Shown here piece by piece: positions 1 to 14,139 of a DNA stretch of 64,000 nt. Origin of the DNA: Podarcis melisellensis (Eukaryota); the NCBI GenBank assembly GCA_964234715.1, contig OZ174275.1. One strand, given 5' to 3'. Position 1 is the stretch's first letter; the number at the start of each line of letters is the position of its first letter. The translations under genes were made by a program, and so were the position numbers. The notes under the pieces were generated by a model, which was not told the origin of the DNA, did no database searches, and was given only the letters and a program-made list of their open reading frames with translations.

Positions 1-1400
1 TACAACCACTAGTACACAGCCTTGCACAGCCTTGGGGAATGAATTTGCTTTTAATTTGTAGAGGCATGCTCTAAGGGTTGTTCAAGTATTATCAATGATT
101 AACATTCATCCTGAAGAGCAGCTCTGGAAAACTCAAAAGCTTGCTGGCTTGTAACTGTTTAACGGGTCCCAATAAAGGTGTTACCTTTCTATAGATTTTG
201 GATTTTATCTAAACTTTTTGCATGATAAAAGTAGATGCCTTTCTGGCAATTATATTTATATTTTGTCACACTATTTATTTATGACCCCCACCAGATGAAA
301 ATAATCATTTTCCCTTTCTTTAACCTAATAACACCAACCCAAATTCCTCCCAAGGCCCCAAACCTTCCATGTTCTAAACATTAATTCCTAACCCAATGTA
401 CTGTCTTGCCTCTCAGATAGAAAACTCAGACCTCAAATTCCCCATATTCTTTCTCTACCTCTCGCAAAGGAGGTACACCCACCCACACCCTCAACATATA
501 CACACAGGTCATGACATTTCCCCAGTTCATATTATATTATTTCACATCCCACTAGTCCACACTGACAATCTTTCCACATCAAAGGACCAAACATATAAAA
601 TGCAGACTGTGTTCTAGAAGCCTATAATATGCATAGAAGTTCTACATAAATGAGCACAATCCAGCCAAAGTTAACAGTGATTGCAATGGGAGAGATATAA
701 GTATGTACCTCTTTCGCTGCCCCATAACCCGCTCTGTAAGAGATAGATTTCTTCCAGAGTTGCTGAAAGGACAAGAGCACTGGTCAAATTTACAGAAAAA
801 TTGACTTCCTATTTGCAAATAACAATGACAAGATCATTCAAAAATTGGCAGTGTTCACAGTAGCTTTGGCCTAAGCTAAACAAATGTATATAGATCCCCA
901 TGTCTTTTATCTGCAGTACTGTACAGGCAATTTTTAGTATTTGTGCAGGTCAATGAACTCGTGAAATAATTTCATGATGTTTATTTCAGTCATGTTTTCA
1001 CGTTCTTTCCAACCATATCCTTCATTTAATTCCTGAAGTTGGTTTTATGTTTTTGTAAAAAATTACTTGGGTGCAAATTTGTCTTGCGTGTTTACCAATA
1101 CCCTGCTCAAAACCCCCACAACTTTATAACACATTGCATAATATTTGCAACAGCTCATAATAGGACAAATAAATATTTATTCTTCACTTTTCCACTGAAA
1201 TCAGTGAAACAAAGTGTTTAGCTGTGGCTGGATATGCTCAATACATATAATTATTCGTATAAAATATTGGCACTGTACAACTGGAAAACCAAACAGCATA
1301 TAAGAGACAACACTATAAACATAATATTGTGGGCTGCTTGACTGGAAGATATAAGTAAAAAAGCCAAAATGTTTTTTTTTGGGGGGGGGCGGGGAATTAC

Positions 1401-1417
1401 CTTGCAAATATGCAGAG
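1401..1417 (-). other. Candidate 17-nt micro-exon
   Basis: Minus strand: catttttattccttttTAG|CTCTGCATATTTGCAAG|GTAATT, with a good pyrimidine tract and donor. Could be chance. Confidence 0.2.
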
Positions 1418-1966
1418 CTAAAAAGGAATAAAAATGTTACCAGCCAATTCATAACTAGTATCCTAACTAACCCATGAGCTTTTAGGTTAATCATTTTTAT
1501 GCATCTAAAGCCAAAATCCAACTTTCTGCAGAAGGCCTACCCTCCTCCTCATGCCAGAAGAAACCTGCAAACAGGGTTTTTAAATAGCGCAATGTGAAGG
1601 AGAAAAAGGTTCAGTGAAGCAGCAGCGTCATGACACTCAGAATATGGTGAAAACAGCTTCCAAGAAGTCTACTATCTAATGGCCTTTGATGTTTACTGTA
1701 CACTTGCAGCTTCATTACAACACTTAGCAAGCATCTGCCAAGATGGTAGGACTGAAAGGAAAGGGATAAAAACCCACCTTTGCCTCAAAATGGGAGCAGG
1801 GGAGATCAGATATGCCCATTCTTTTGTCAGAAAGACAAAAGTTGTTGACAAGGACAAAAGGAGATTTAGAAGCATAGCTATAATTAAAACTATTACTGAT
1901 CCCCAGGGGGAAAAATCCTGGCAAATCCAAAAGCAAATGGAGGCATGACAAATATATACACACATA

Positions 1967-2193
1967 AAGTGGTACCTCTGGTTACGAACTTAATTCATTC
2001 TGGAGGTCCGTTCTTAACCTGAAACCGTTCTTAACCTGAATCACCACTTTAGCTAACTGGGCCTCCCGCCACTACCGCGCCACCACCGCACAATTTCTCT
2101 TCTCATCCTGAGGTAAAGTTCTTAACCCGAGGTTACTACTTCTGGGTTAGCGGAGTCTGTATCCCAAAGTGTTTGTAACCTGAGGTACCACTG
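1967..2193 (+). mobile_element. Non-autonomous Tc1/mariner (pogo/Tigger-like) MITE, family A
   Basis: TIRs (A/C)AGTGGTACCTC...GAGGTACCACTG, TA on the left flank (right flank TG). Internal sequence matches the reverse complement of 5881-6114. Confidence 0.9.
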
Positions 2194-5100
2194 TGCATAC
2201 AAATGTGTGCATATGCACACACATTGGTAAAATATTTTAGACAAATGTGAAACCTCACTTCCAAGATTTGGACTCTCATCATATTTGCTGTCATCTAGTG
2301 TGTAACACAACATAAAGAGTAACCAGAAGATTTACAATCCAAAGATGAAGATTTTACTTTGCCATGGTGAATTCACTTCATAAAACAGAGAGAGAACACT
2401 TCAGTAGAAAATGTTGGCAGACCTCTTGGGAGTAACAGGGCACATTAATTTATATGACATGCTGCCCTGTTTCTCTTATAGAGGCCCATAGGAGGAGTTT
2501 GCTACCCTGAGCTTTTACTTAGGTCCCTAATGAAAATAAAAATGTTTTCAGCCCGTTAGTTGGGCACTTTAAACTATCATGCATGCCTTTCTTTGTACGT
2601 CCACCTCCCCCCCCCTGCATTTTTTTAAAAAAACAAATATTACCTCTAAGTATATATGACTAATACGATTTAAAATTTATAAGATGCAATTGAAACAGCA
2701 CAAGTGACAGACACTTCAGTGTGCTGTTATTGGGTGCAATGGACACCCTAAAGCACACAAAAGTCAAGAATCATACTGCTGCTATTGCAACCTTTTGTAC
2801 AAGCAATATTACGATGTGTTCTAGTTAGTGCATTTTTCAATGCAAAAAGTGAATGTTTCATGGGAACAAAACCCCTTAAGTCCCTACTGGTCTTTTCATG
2901 GATTTGTTTGTTTCTGCTGTGTGTGCTTTTCTGCAGCCCCAACAAACTGCTGCTATATGGCCATTTTTAGGGCTTCTCTCTAGCTAGCCAAATCAGGAGT
3001 CACTCGGGGCAAACAAAAGCATGTCTTCACTGTCTTTACTCTGAAAGGGGTGGGTGAGAAAGGAGAAACTATAATGTGGATCAGAGAGCCAAAGGAAAGG
3101 AGAGACTATGATTTGTTTCAGAGATCCTGTGAGCAGAACTCTGTTCATGGGCTGTGCCTACTTGCAGAAATGATATTTTCAGATCCCCCTTCACTGCCCC
3201 CCAAAATCTCAAGAGCTGTCTGACCCCCCTCACCATGGTGGGGCAGGGGCAAGCAAGACTGTAGAGTCCAACTCCACCTTTCTGCGGTTTCACACTTAGA
3301 GTTAAGTAACGTGAGAGGGAAGTCAGAATCAGGGTTGTAGCCTGGGTAGGCTAAAAACAGCAGCATTTATGCAGTGCACTCTTTGTTAGATGAGATTATG
3401 TAATCCATAATGATTTAAAGATCTAATGTCCTCCAGGCACTGCCATCTACCCCATGTGTGGCCCCTGAAATGGTCAGTTCTGTATCTGGCTGTTAGTCAA
3501 TTGAAAGAAAGGAGTTGTTAACATTTAAACACCACAGAATCAGATGGCTTAAAACAAGGTAAAAAAGCATGTCATTTTGGCAAAACAGTCAAGGCAGCAA
3601 AAAACCATGAATTGTGCCAGGAAAGGCCAGTTGTCAAAAAAATTGGCTAAATGTCCTTCTGTTTCAGACAATAGCTTATAAAGAAATTAAGAGTCAGTTA
3701 AACTAATTCACTTTAGAGGAGCTTGCCATCATAAGGCTGACAGAATTCCAGTAGTTCAATAGTGAGACACAGAAACTGTCGATGGTCCCTCAAGCAATTA
3801 ATTTTCTCCCAGCTCTTCACAACTGCATTTCAAGAAGTATTTGCAGGATCCTACCCACACTTACCAGGTAATGCCCAAACAAAACAGTGCTGCCACATCC
3901 TAAGCCTTATCAGAAAGTTGAAAATAGTGACCCACTAAGAGAGAAAACACTAAGCAATATTTTAATTACGTGCTTCATAATAACTACTAAATAAAACATT
4001 AAACTCAAACTAATCACACTTGTTACCTAACAGAGTTAGACTTCTGTAGGTGCAGAGTGAAATATTTAGTTCATTATCTATATACAATGCATACTAAAAA
4101 TAGCTGCTTACATAAAACAAAAGTCTAGGGTCCAATTCTTACATGCAAACAGTGACACAGAGGCTGTTCAAAACTCACAAGTTTATATAGTCTGCCAGAT
4201 GGGTCAAACAAAAATAAGACGATATGGGAAACTGATATACATATTTAAACAAACAAAGTCCTCAACTCATGGTTTGTAGCCTGACCTGAAGTGGGTTGCA
4301 AATGGAAGTTAGGTATGGGGCACTGTTCATGGGCAACAAACAAACAATATGGTAGTAGTAGTATGTGTGTAGAATAAAAGCTCCCCCCACTTGAAAATAG
4401 CTTCCAGACAGTCTTGAAGAAGCTGGCCTTTCAAAATTGTTAGGAAAAGGGTATGTTACACTTGACTGTAGCACCTTCTGCATACAGGATAGCCAAAACA
4501 AGCTTCTAAAAAGGGATACAGTACTGTTAAGACAGAGAAGGCACAGAAAATGACCATTTAAATAATGACAAGGATGGAACAATTCTGCTGTTGAGGAAAA
4601 GTTACAACAGGGGTAGCTAACATGATACCCTTCTGGATGTTTTGGAGCATGGGTAAAACACTATACTATTTTAATATCCAAATATATTGTGTGGAAATTT
4701 TTTTAATGGAGAGCAATTTTCATAGTAAACGTGAGAATGCAATTCATACCTAGAATCCAATCTTAAGTGAGTACAATCGAGAGAAAGGCAATTGTAGTTG
4801 GTTTCAGTGGAATTAATTTCAATGGGCTCAGTTCATACAGACATTTCTTTAAGACAAGGTCCTTTTAATAAAATGAACTGGGAAGCTCTTCTGGGCATGA
4901 GTAGGAATTCCCATACCCATAAAGCAAATGTTATCAGGACATTAGTAGTTAGGATCAGGGTATTAATCCTTTGATTTAGCTACAAAACAGATCTTATTGA
5001 AATAACTTGTGAATATGTTCCTATGTGCTTGGTCATCCCATCCGTTAGGGGGAGAAGGGGAAACAAATAGGGAGAATGCAAATTTGCAATGCAGAAAGTG

Positions 5101-5880
5101 TACAGTGTACAGTGTTTACATAGGGTAAGAATTATCTAGCCAGATCTACTACCATGCAGCGGATTTTACGTTCTTTGGGGGATTCTAGGTGTGTTTTTCA
5201 AAAGGCCATTCATGAAACTATATTAGAGGTGTCTGGCTTCTATTAATGTTATGTCCTTTGACATCCAGTCAGAGAAAGATAAAAGATGGCATTAACTTCT
5301 CACAGTGGAGTGAAATGAACATGTTAAAAGAAATGAGCAAATACTAAATAGATGTGCAATGCAAGGTGACCCAGTCGACTTTAACAGAGTACCAAAATAT
5401 AATCAAATAAAACCTATGATCTTTAGACTGGAAAAATGGTGAGCCAGGAAGGCAAACACAATTTTTAAATCTGCAAAGACCAACTGAAATAAATCATGCA
5501 TAAATTGTAACATGCAGCTGAGTCTGCTACAACCACTTGATCCTTGCAAGGGCATCAATATTGAAAGGGTGAGCTTGAGTCAGGGTGAGCTCAGCTTTCC
5601 TTGGAACATCATCCCTCCTGCTACTCACTCTCTCCAGATTATACAAACCACAGAAGCATCAATGCAAACAATCTATTATATACAAAGTGAAACTGCACTC
5701 TATTTCCCTCCATCACTCTCTGTCTAGTAAGCCAAACAGCTAGCTGTTTTGTTGAAGATAGCCACCAGCAAACCTGTTTGAAACTGGGAATGGGCCTTCT
5801 TCTGCCCAAAAGCACCATTCTTAGATTCACCTACTTTTTAAGCTTATTTAAAATTTATCCTTTGCTTTTCTATTAAAATA

Positions 5881-6114
5881 CAGTGGTACCTTGGGTTACA
5901 TACGCTTCAGGTTACATAAGCTTCAGGTTACAGACTCCACTAACCCAGAAATATTACCTCAGGTTAACAACTTTGCTTCAGGATGACAACAGAAATCGTG
6001 CTCTGGTGGCAGCAGGAGGCCCCATTAGCTAAAGTGGTGCTTCAGGTTAAGAACAGTTTCAGGTTAAGAACGGACCTCCAGAACGAATTAAGTACTTAAC
6101 CTGAGGTACCACTG
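5881..6114 (-). mobile_element. Non-autonomous Tc1/mariner (pogo/Tigger-like) MITE, family A, opposite orientation
   Basis: TA|CAGTGGTACCT...AGGTACCACTG|TA, with TIRs and an intact TA TSD. Internal TTCAGGTTA repeats are shared with 1967-2193. Confidence 0.92.
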
Positions 6115-6424
6115 TAATAACCCAAATGGCTTAAAAAATAAATACAGCAAAGTATGTCAAGAAAATGTTCCCATTCAGTTGAATGGAAAACACAACATCA
6201 ATTAAGACAAGAGAGGCAGCCACACTAAAACTTCAAAAGAAACATAAATAAACATCAGTTCTGAAGGATAGCCCTACCATTATGCAGAACAAGGTGACTA
6301 CCTGGAGTCAGGGTACAGTGGAGAGGGCAGAGATGGGTATGCTATGGCACCTATCCTTTGTCCCCTAAGTAAGTCTGTTGTTCTCGGATGCAACGAAAGA
6401 AAGATACTGTCCTGTCACCAGTGT

Positions 6425-6680
6425 TGAATTAACTGTGGCACATGTGTTGGTAACCTCACATTTGGACTATTGTAATGTGTTCTATGTGGGGCTATTCTCT
6501 TGCAGTTAGTGCAGAACACTGCAGCCCTTATCAGTAAGTTTTGCCACAACCTGATTAGGTTGTGGTAACATGGAGGCTGGCTTTTTCACTAGTGGTATCA
6601 GTGTTTTGGAATGCCCTCCTTGCTAAAATACAAGAAACTCCATCAGTATTGACATCCCACCAGCTCTTAAAGACACAAGA
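6425..6680 (+). mobile_element. L2-clade LINE fragment (ORF2 C-terminus)
   Basis: Encodes degenerate LVTSHLDYCNVFYVGL...LQLVQNTAA, a characteristic L2 post-RT motif. Confidence 0.7.
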
Positions 6681-8477
6681 GTACTCATAAAGTACTCCTC
6701 TCCACCTGCACATCAAGCAAAAATATCAGCTCAAGTAATACCCACCAAACTATGGAACTGCTGCTTCAGAGGTAGTTCAACCCTATCCAGAACAGATTGG
6801 ATCCATTTCCAAATCTCCAGAACAGTTGATCAACTACTTTGTCTGACTAACTTTAGGATTTGTTCACTCTCATCCACCCCATCTACACTGGAAAATTTCC
6901 ATGTGATAGCAAGCAGTCCTGGCAACTACCAGCAGACTTTGCATGCAATGGCAATTATTCATATAGTAATCTGCTCTAGATATTAACAGCCCCAGTATGA
7001 AAAATATGGGAGATATCCAATGCCCTCATTTCATTACCACAAGATTTCCATTTGTGCAACAGAACCCTTCCTTCCTCTCTCCAAATCTATTTTGGAAGGT
7101 TGGGTGAACCCCCAGAACAGATTTAAAGGGAGGATTAAGGAGAGGAGAGGAGAGGAGGAGAGGAGAGACAAAGTTCCATTGAACAGGCATGGCTGGGCAA
7201 GATTGATAAATAGTCTGTATAAGGCAGCTGCCTATGTTCCTAAATACTATCCCAACACAAACTAGACAGCCATGTGCAATCAAAAGGTCCTAGAATGCTC
7301 ATCATTTGCCTGCTGCCATGCGGGTGGTGGTGGTTAGAATGAATTGGAAAGTATTTGTGTAAAAGATTTTGAAGGCACAGGGTGCTTGAAGAGCTCTGCT
7401 AAAGAGAATAAAATACATACTATGTTGAAACTGCATACCAAAGATATCTAAAGATTGCATTCAGGCTTCAAGTACTTCTTAACCTCTCCAACCAGATTCA
7501 TGTCACCAAGAATATAACTTAATAGACTGAGAAGTTATATCTAAAAGGGAAAACTGCATCTTTACATTATAGGATGGTAATAAAATCCCATAGCAATTAT
7601 CCCATTGTTATGCTCAAAATAGGTACACTCTTTCATGCCTTAATTTTATGTTTTGCTTTGCCCTGTGCTAAAAGCACCAACATAATTATGCCCTCCAAGG
7701 TCCTTGCAAAATCTGCTCAGAGTGATTATTTGACTCTCTTTTTATTTGTGGAAAGTAGCTAATATTGTTTCAGGCTTTTTATCAAAATAAATGCATGATT
7801 GGCTTTAACCATTTTTCCCCCTATAATTGTTTAAAAAACGAGTTTGCTAATAGATGGAAGAGAAGAAGGTTAAATACTTTAATTTCCAACTTGCACACGC
7901 ATGCATTGTAAAGAGTTTCTCATTTTGTGTAATTTAGGCACAACCACAGGACATAAATGATAATGTAAAAAAAATAAAAACCCACCAAAAAAGGAACATG
8001 ATGGTGTATATTACATGTGAATATGATTTCTGATTAATAATGGTGATTCAAATATATTAGTTCCCATTTAGAAGATACAATTGCTAGCTATTTTTATTTT
8101 TATGAATGCTTATGTGAAATAGTTTTAAATTTATCTTCACCGTAAACCTAGAGCCTAAATCATCATTCAACTGTTGCAACATCATTCAAATATATAGTGC
8201 TGTTTTTTATATTAGTAATTAAGCCCATTCTATTTCATCATTCAAAATGTTTGAAAACTATTTATAATTCCCATTTAGAAAACCATGCCTAGGCAGCCAC
8301 TATAATTCATTTCACAGATTTCAAAATAAAGTTTCCAAATATGGATCTGGAACCTTCCTACATATCTTTCTATGAATCCTTACATTAAGTCTGGTACTTA
8401 TGTGAACACCACTAGTTTATATTTCTCACTTAAAGCACAGTCAGCCAGCTCAATCATTTGCTTGCCTTTCAGGCTTA

Positions 8478-8645
8478 CCGTATTTTTTGCACCATAACAC
8501 TCACTTTTTTCCTCCTAAAAAGTAAGGGGAAATGTCTGTGCGTGTTATGGAGGGAATGCCTACGGGTGGCATGCCTACGGATTTTCCCCTCTAAAAACTA
8601 TGTGCGTGTTATGGTCGGGTGCGTGTTATAGAGCGAAAAATACGG
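8478..8645. mobile_element. pogo/Tc2-like MITE
   Basis: TA|CCGTATTTTTTGCACCATAACACTCAC ... GTGCGTGTTATAGAGCGAAAAATACGG|TA. About 27-bp TIRs (23/27 match), TA TSD and subterminal GTGCGTGTTAT repeats. Confidence 0.9.
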
Positions 8646-9592
8646 TACTTTGCAGGTTCTCGGTCTAAATGGTGTTGCAACCAAGCATCAAAAGCAATGG
8701 GTAAAGGGATGGTTGCAATGTCGAGCACTCAGTATTACAGGATCTTTCTCTTGGACCAGCACTTCATTAAATTGCCCCTCCCCTATTGGCCATGTCCAGA
8801 CCAGATCAGCCTTAAACATAGGTACTTATAAATATAGGTACTTTAGCCCATTGACTTCAATTTGTATAGAGTAAGGCAAAACAACATAACGCTACTATCA
8901 TAAATATGAAAATGATGGGGTGTTAATGTCTTACAGAAAAATCACAATGGAAATCTGTTATACTTGTAAATCAAAAACTCATGTTCCTAGTTCCATTTGC
9001 TTGGCTTACAGCTGCCTTGTAAAGTGCTTCCGACAGATGTCAGATGGCATTGCCAGATGTCTATTTCTTCACATCTCAAAGCAATGCATATTAGTCAAGG
9101 AAATGTTACTTCTCGCACTTATCTGTGCATTCAGAAACACTCGCGTGTGTTTGTATAGGCTATGGGAGAACTGTAATGCAGGGCTGTATAACCTAAATCA
9201 CCTCAAGGGCCATTCCACTTTTTGAAGGGCCAAGGACGGCAACCGTAATTTTATCGCCAAAATTGTCAGTTCCACCTCAGCTTAATGCACATTAATCTCT
9301 TTATCACTTTAATTTGTCCTTAGCTACTTTGGCATGTGAATTTGTCCAGTGCATAATACACCATCAAGCACCAGTTCTATAGGAAATTATTTTCTGTCTT
9401 GGAATGCTAACTGGGCATGTGCGGGTCTGCAGGGTTTCTGTGAAGTTTTAGTGTTTTCAAGAGTTTTCAAGAAGGGATAGCAGCTGGGAATTGTAGTTTC
9501 CAGAGCTCTGTGTGCCTGAGATGACATTATGAGCATGTGCATGGCACCCGGAAACATGTTCTTACCTAAGCATCTGAGATCTTTACCAAGTA

Positions 9593-9796
9593 CAGTGGTA
9601 CCTCCGGTCGTGGACAGGATCCATTCCGGAGCTCTTGTCGGATCCCAAGGTTTCCGCAACCGTAGGTGCCTGTTCTGCGCGCATGTGCGGCGCGATAGAG
9701 CACTTCTGCGCATGCGTGCAGCGAAACCTGGAAATATATTTCTGGGTTTGCTGAAGGATACATAACAAGAGGCGCACGTAAGTAGAGGTACCACTG
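9593..9796. mobile_element. Tc1/mariner (Tigger-like) MITE, family B (same TIR, different CpG-rich interior)
   Basis: TA|CAGTGGTACCTC...GAGGTACCACTG|TA. The interior retains many CpGs (TGCGCGCATGTGCGG, TGCGCATGCGTGCA). Confidence 0.9.
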
Positions 9797-10040
9797 TACT
9801 CTGTTGCCTTGTGAACAGCGTTTTTTGCTTTCGTATATTAAACATGGAAGGGTATTATTCCGACAGCCAGACATGTGTGAAGTAAATACATTTCCAAATA
9901 TTAATAAGGTTGGGGAAAAAAGAAGTATCTCATAACCAAATAAAATCTCCAGGTCTTGACCAGGAAACAAACTTGTAGTATAGGCATGGTTGTGTAAAAA
10001 GCACAGACTGCAAAGCAGCTAATACACAGTATTGAAGAGG

Positions 10041-10235
10041 AATCACAGAATTGTAGAGTTGGAAGGGATCCCAGGGGCCATCTAGTCCAACCCACTACAA
10101 TGTAAAAATCTCAACTAAAGCATCTGTGACAGATGGCCATCCAACCTTTGTTTAAAATCTCCAATGAAGGGGACTCCACCTCCTTCCAAAGGAGACTGTC
10201 CCACTGTTGAGCAGCTCTTACTGATGTTTAGTTGG
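10041..10235 (-). mobile_element. CR1 LINE 3' end fragment
   Basis: Minus strand encodes FKQRLDGHLS (CR1 ORF2 C-terminus), followed by the CR1-type 3' end GGGTTGGACTAGATGGCC...CCCTTCCAACTCTACAATTCTGTGATT. Confidence 0.85.
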
Positions 10236-11669
10236 AGAATATTTGAGACTTTGCCTTCTTGATTTTTTAACAACCTGTGCTCAGTTATTTGATTTAAATA
10301 CACACACAGTTTGCTGGATCACAGTCAAGTTAGTGAAGTCCCTTGATTTCATTGGATCTAATCTGAGAATGCCTTGCTTGACTACAACCCTTAATATTTA
10401 TTTTGGTTGTTCTGAGAGGATTGTATATTTAAAAGATTCTAAATTTTTATGAGAGATGGCTAAGAATGTTAGAGGAACAATACATTTTTTGGATTAGAAG
10501 ACCAAGCCAAACACACACACACCCCACACATACTCTGAGGTTTAATACACCTGGTTTTGCTGCTTGACTTAACACTGACTTAACACTGGCTGTGGGTTCG
10601 GGTGTAAGTCAGATCAGTTTTCATGGCCTATAGACTGATAGGATAACTTCTGGTACAATAAAGTACTGTACTATTTATGCATCAGCTAAGAGAAAACAAA
10701 AGGAAGACACCTTTATAAATACTTCTGCTAATTTATATGAGTAGGTGCTGATTTAAAAATAATTACTTTTAAGTAGACATATAATACATGTGACGGCAAC
10801 TTCAAGGCCACAGCTCTCTCAGACTTGGATTCAAAGACCTTCATACAGGCAACTTCTGTAGATAGGGCACATGGCCACCAAAGAGTGATGAGATAGGAAT
10901 TCAATTAGAATGAAGCTCAAGGACCATCATTTGGAAACCTCTGCTCTAGGGGATGCAATCATGTGACTAACGCAGCTGGATACAAGACTTCGTTTTCAAA
11001 ACTAGGTAAGAGAATAAAAACAAAACCATTTCAATTGAAAAGCTTTTATTATACAGTGCTCAACTTTTCACTGAAGGTTAGAGAGACTTTTCTTGAATTC
11101 AGTAGTCCTACTTAAGGATAACAAAATCATATCATTGTTAAGGGCCTCAGAAATTACAGCACTACATGATAAACTGCTCTGTCTCTGTTTTATATTAATA
11201 CTTCATACATATAAGCTGCTCTAAATTTAATGCTCTTGTAAGGAAGGTTAAATACTACAAAACTTCCATACAGCAAAAGCCTGGAACTCTTAATGCATCA
11301 GATTTTCTACTTGGTGATTGTTCAGATGGTATTACATCTTAATGGATTCCTTTTTAAAGAACTAGATTGTGATTAATTGCAGTGCATGATTATGTACATG
11401 AAAAGGATTGGTCTGAACCTTTGCCCTAACCATACACCAGGGTAAAAGGAAGTTATAAAAAGGTGATCATTTAATCATTTTACTGAAATAAAACTGTGAC
11501 ATCTTAGTAGACACAAACAATCCTATTTATGTGTTAAATGAACACCATTTTTATTGCCCAATGTAAATGCAAGTCATGCACAACAAATCAAGCAGGTGTC
11601 TAAAAGGGGAAAACATTCTTTTGAGCATTAACCCTTGGCAATATTTGCGTTTCCCAAATTAAGCTGGAA

Positions 11670-11860
11670 ATAAGCCAGTTTAGTGTAATGCCTAGAACAC
11701 TATTTGGACATGGGAAACATCAATGCAAATATCTACATAGCCATCATTTTTCTAGATAGCTATGAGCATGTTACCATCTCTCTGCCAAGTTACAGAATTA
11801 TTGTGAGGATAAAATGGGAGAGACATATATACACCAGCCTTAAAGGAGAATAGGATAAAA
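11670..11860 (+). mobile_element. Degenerate tRNA-derived SINE (Squam3-like)
   Basis: GCCAGTTTAGTGTAATG head; TTGTGAGGATAAAATGGG core motif shared with other copies. Confidence 0.5.
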
Positions 11861-13036
11861 AGGAGATTGCAAGTGCTCCTTTGTTATTTATTAACACACA
11901 TAGAGGACATACTCCAGATTTATATAATGACAATTAAAATAGACACTACTTGTATAGAAAACTAACAGAATTAGAATGTGTGTGTGATTTATTTATTTAG
12001 TCTGTGCGCACATGTGTGTGTGTGTGCACGCACACACACACATATACACTCTACAGAAAGCACATGAGAGGACAGCAAAATAGTTTTGTTTTAACATTTA
12101 CTGCAAAGCATGCCAATATTTGGCCACAGTATTATAGCAGACCTGGGTGCAAGTGCTAATCAAGTGGAAATGCTAGTAGACATTTATTAGCATTTATTTA
12201 TAAAATCAAATACTCCTTTTCAAAAAAAAAGCATACACAAAATGGTTTTCAATTTTTTTAAGAGTACATCTTTTGAGGGTAGGCTCAATTTGCACAAATT
12301 CATATTTGTGTCTAAAAAATAATAAGACTTGGACTAATCTCTGCCTGAGATGAAAATTGTTTCCCTAGTCTATCGATTGAGGCCCATATGAATAGACCTA
12401 TGCCCACCTGAAGGGATCCAGAGCAGATAACATTTTGTATGCACCTGATGAGCACTGATCAGAATAGGATTAATGTACAGTATATATATATATATCCCCA
12501 GTGCTAGTTGCAGCAAAAGTGAAGAAGTCATTTTTCTGTTAGGCACAAGCTGATTCAAGTACAGATACCAGTTTCAACATATGGATGGCATTTAATAATC
12601 AAGTATTTAGACACATACATGAAATAAAATATGATTTGTGTATCCTGGGATTCGTGTTTCCTGGGAGTTCCCACTGGGAAAAAAGAAACCAACTGAGATA
12701 TTTGCCGTGCATCCAACAATGCAATTCAAATGGACTTGCTTAAGTTCAATCCTGTTTAGAAGAAGGGAAAAACTGTGGGTACTGTTCCACAGTTAACATT
12801 AGACGTAGCCAAAATTGCTTTGTTCCCCATGGACCCAATCTGAAGTCAATAGATGTATATACAAATGAAGATATGTGAAAGCATTCATACTAAATTTTAA
12901 GATTTCATGGTCTATGTAAATTTGTGATGTGCCTCAATTAGCATTTTCCCCACTTAAAAGCTTTGCAGTAACAAAAAGCCAGGCATATTTTTTTAAAAAC
13001 AAAGATGCACATATGATATAGCCTTACTTTTTGAAA

Positions 13037-13180
13037 TAGTGCTTTTTTCTGGGGTGACGCGGGGGGTACGCATACCCCTTAACATTTTGTGAATCTAAGT
13101 TTGACCTCATTGAGGGGCAGTATTTCAATATGAGTAGGAAAATGAGAGTACCCCTAAACATTTTTTTTAAAAAAGCACTG
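13037..13180. mobile_element. hAT-like MITE
   Basis: TIRs (T/C)AGTGCTTTTTT ... AAAAAAGCACTG and an internal duplicated TACCCCT(T/A)AACATTTT. No 8-bp TSD recognisable. Confidence 0.7.
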
Positions 13181-14139
13181 TCCAAAACATTTGGTTAAAC
13201 AATACATTTTGCTGAACTAACATACTGTTTGTGTAGTGTTATGTCCTTAAAAGGGGCAGGCAAACAAACCTTGTGATCATCCATATTCAGAACAAATTTT
13301 ACTTCACATAGAAATCCTCCTAAATTTAAAGGCGAAAAGGAATGCGGAAACTAAGCGAAGTCTGATTGTTTTGGTGGCAGTACTAGGAAAACCAAACAAT
13401 CTGCCTGATGTCACCAAAATAATTCACCTGACATCATGATGGAGAAGCCAGCCATGAACACCTCGCAAATTATTATTTTGATCCAGTTGTTAAGAGAGAA
13501 TTACAGCAAAACCTGCACTTTCCACAGCTATTAAAGCACTGACCCTAGAAGAGCACTCTTTTGTGCTGAACTTTTTTATATCACCAAGACTATTAATCAG
13601 GTGCCAGTTCAACTGATGTGCTTTATATAGTTGACCCCAACCAGTGCCTTAATTACCAGGTATTAAATGCTAATTAGGATTCTCTGCATTAAAGTTTAAT
13701 TTCTAAAAAAAGGAAAGAGTGAAAAATCTAAAAAGTATTGTGCTCCTTTGTTGTGTGCTACAGCATGGATGCAGGAGGATGCAGCAATTTGCTATTGACA
13801 AGCATTACAGGAGCAGGTCATTTCACAAGTATAGTGTGGACAAAGGTGAACTGGGCAACTGATGAGAATCTGTGGCCAAGGCGAAATAGCAATCTCTGAG
13901 CCAAACAGTAATAAAGTTACTGAAATGACGCAATGCAGCTTTTAAAGTGAACTGTCATAAGTGGGAAATGGGTTTCAGAGTAATTAAAACCAGGGGCGAA
14001 CCAACCATTAGGCTAAGCAAACTATAGTGTCTGGCCTCTGATAAAGCTATGAGTAGCTTTAATATAGTGTATGCTCCCCAGTAAATGCTCTTTCAAACAC
14101 TGCAAAAAATAAGGGATAGATTTAACAGTAATAGAGAGT

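Noticed and set aside
3855-3875. Minus-strand donor-like CTG|GTAAGT
   Set aside because: Lies in a remnant of the palindromic MITE family, whose consensus contains CACTTAC, and no matching acceptor was found. The same applies to other ACTTAC hits within these MITEs.
9387-9970. Overlapping 134-152 aa ORFs
   Set aside because: They span the GC-rich MITE at 9593-9796; no transposase motifs.
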